Below, one piece after another: positions 63,559-64,000 of a stretch of DNA of 64,000 bases. Where the stretch lies: assembly GCA_963708185.1 (NCBI GenBank), contig OY970195.1:949482-1013481 (forward strand), read 5' to 3'. The stretch is from Candidatus Peregrinibacteria bacterium. Lineage in GTDB: Bacteria > Patescibacteriota > Gracilibacteria > UBA1369. The stretch's first letter is position 1, and each line of letters opens with the position of its first letter. A model generated the notes under the pieces. That model worked only from the letters and a program-made list of their open reading frames with translations, had not been told where the DNA came from and searched no databases. The position numbers and the translations under genes are program-made.

Positions 63559-63837
63559 ATGGCTCCGACCTTAACTTCACACTTACTCCAATTTTCCGGA
63601 ACCGAGTGCATCCATTGTAAAGAGATGGAGCCGCTCGTGGAACAGCTCGAAAAAGATCTCAACGTCAACGTGCAGTATCTTGAGACCTGGCACGACGAGG
63701 AAAACGCCAAACTTCTTGAACAGTACGATCAGGGGCGCTGCGGCGGCGTGCCATTCTTTTACAACACCAAGAGTAACAAGTTCATTTGCGGAAACTGCGA
63801 TTACGACACGCTTAAAACGTGGGCACTTTCGGAGTAA
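63559..63837 (+). CDS. Thioredoxin/glutaredoxin-fold protein (CxxC)
   Basis: The start is set at ATG 63559. The redox motif is FSGTECIHCKEMEP, with cis-Pro-region-like GGVPFF and a second CGNC pair. Confidence 0.6.
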   Translation: MAPTLTSHLLQFSGTECIHCKEMEPLVEQLEKDLNVNVQYLETWHDEENAKLLEQYDQGRCGGVPFFYNTKSNKFICGNCDYDTLKTWALSE

Positions 63838-63883
63838 TCTGTGGACCGGAGACCGGGGCCTTTGATTATCTAACCTGAGAATT

Positions 63884-64000
63884 TTGCGCGTTCAGACTCC
63901 ACAAAATCAGACGTTCACCCAGAAGCTGAAAGCGGACCAGGCTGTTTTGCGGAAACCCGAGTGGCTCAAGATCCGGCCGCCGACCACGGAAAAGTATGCG
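63884..64000 (+). CDS. lipA: Lipoyl synthase, 5' fragment (continues beyond the window)
   Basis: The frame opened by TTG 63884 reads ..QKLKADQAVLRKPEWLKIRPPTTEKYA. LRKPEW(L/M)KI..P is the conserved LipA N-terminal motif. There is an in-frame stop at 63863-63865 upstream and no ATG is available. Confidence 0.65.
   Translation, partial: MRVQTPQNQTFTQKLKADQAVLRKPEWLKIRPPTTEKYA

Noticed and set aside
1-64000. Alternative genetic code (UGA read as Gly, as in Gracilibacteria/SR1-type CPR).
   Set aside because: Conserved proteins are full length under the standard code, and several end at TGA exactly where homologs end (dnaJ, GT2 at 9496..10200, the GT-C enzyme, tkt).

Overview
This is a dense bacterial chromosome segment of roughly 50% GC. 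It uses the standard genetic code: TGA acts as a stop in dnaJ and in the GT2 gene at 9496. The gene content suggests an uncultivated small-genome, CPR/Peregrinibacteria-like lineage, which is inference only. That content includes a giant SLH-anchored S-layer protein, a PilX-like pseudopilin, an ORF6N protein, many orphan envelope proteins, frequent starts without a Shine-Dalgarno (SD) sequence, and convergent genes that abut or overlap.

Gene order, left to right:
- ahcY tail and ugd.
- A minus-strand ABC-transporter-dependent glycan operon: GT-C enzyme, membrane protein, wzm, wzt with a C-terminal glycan-binding domain, and a 1051-aa methyltransferase / coiled-coil / GT2 / GT2 fusion.
- A visibly AT-richer vapBC cassette with promoter and operator, a GT2 gene and an ORF6N gene.
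- A 1494-aa SLH S-layer gene with a long structured leader.
- tRNA-Glu followed by dnaJ, then tRNA-Lys.
- pgi-tal-tkt-zwf, with zwf frameshifted.
- A pbpC-type PBP, an ECF sigma factor and a 2143-aa thioester alpha-2-macroglobulin.
- ppdK, which carries an internal compensated double frameshift, and nadK.
- A surface-protein island: a CHASE2 cyclase, three tandem mosaic lipoprotein paralogs with variable Gly/Asp repeats and Cys-containing C-terminal sorting-like tails, a PilX-like protein and an SLH-anchored M23 peptidase.
- GT4, pcrA, an L,D-transpeptidase, and a split lipoate ligase with lipA.

The best candidates for something undescribed are:
1. The ECF sigma that is translationally coupled to an A2M whose N-terminus looks like a membrane-tethered anti-sigma domain.
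2. The recombining triple surface-protein cassette with an unassigned C-terminal sorting signal.
3. The single-polypeptide terminator / ruler / polymerase of the glycan operon.

All homology calls come from motif recognition by eye; no searches were run.
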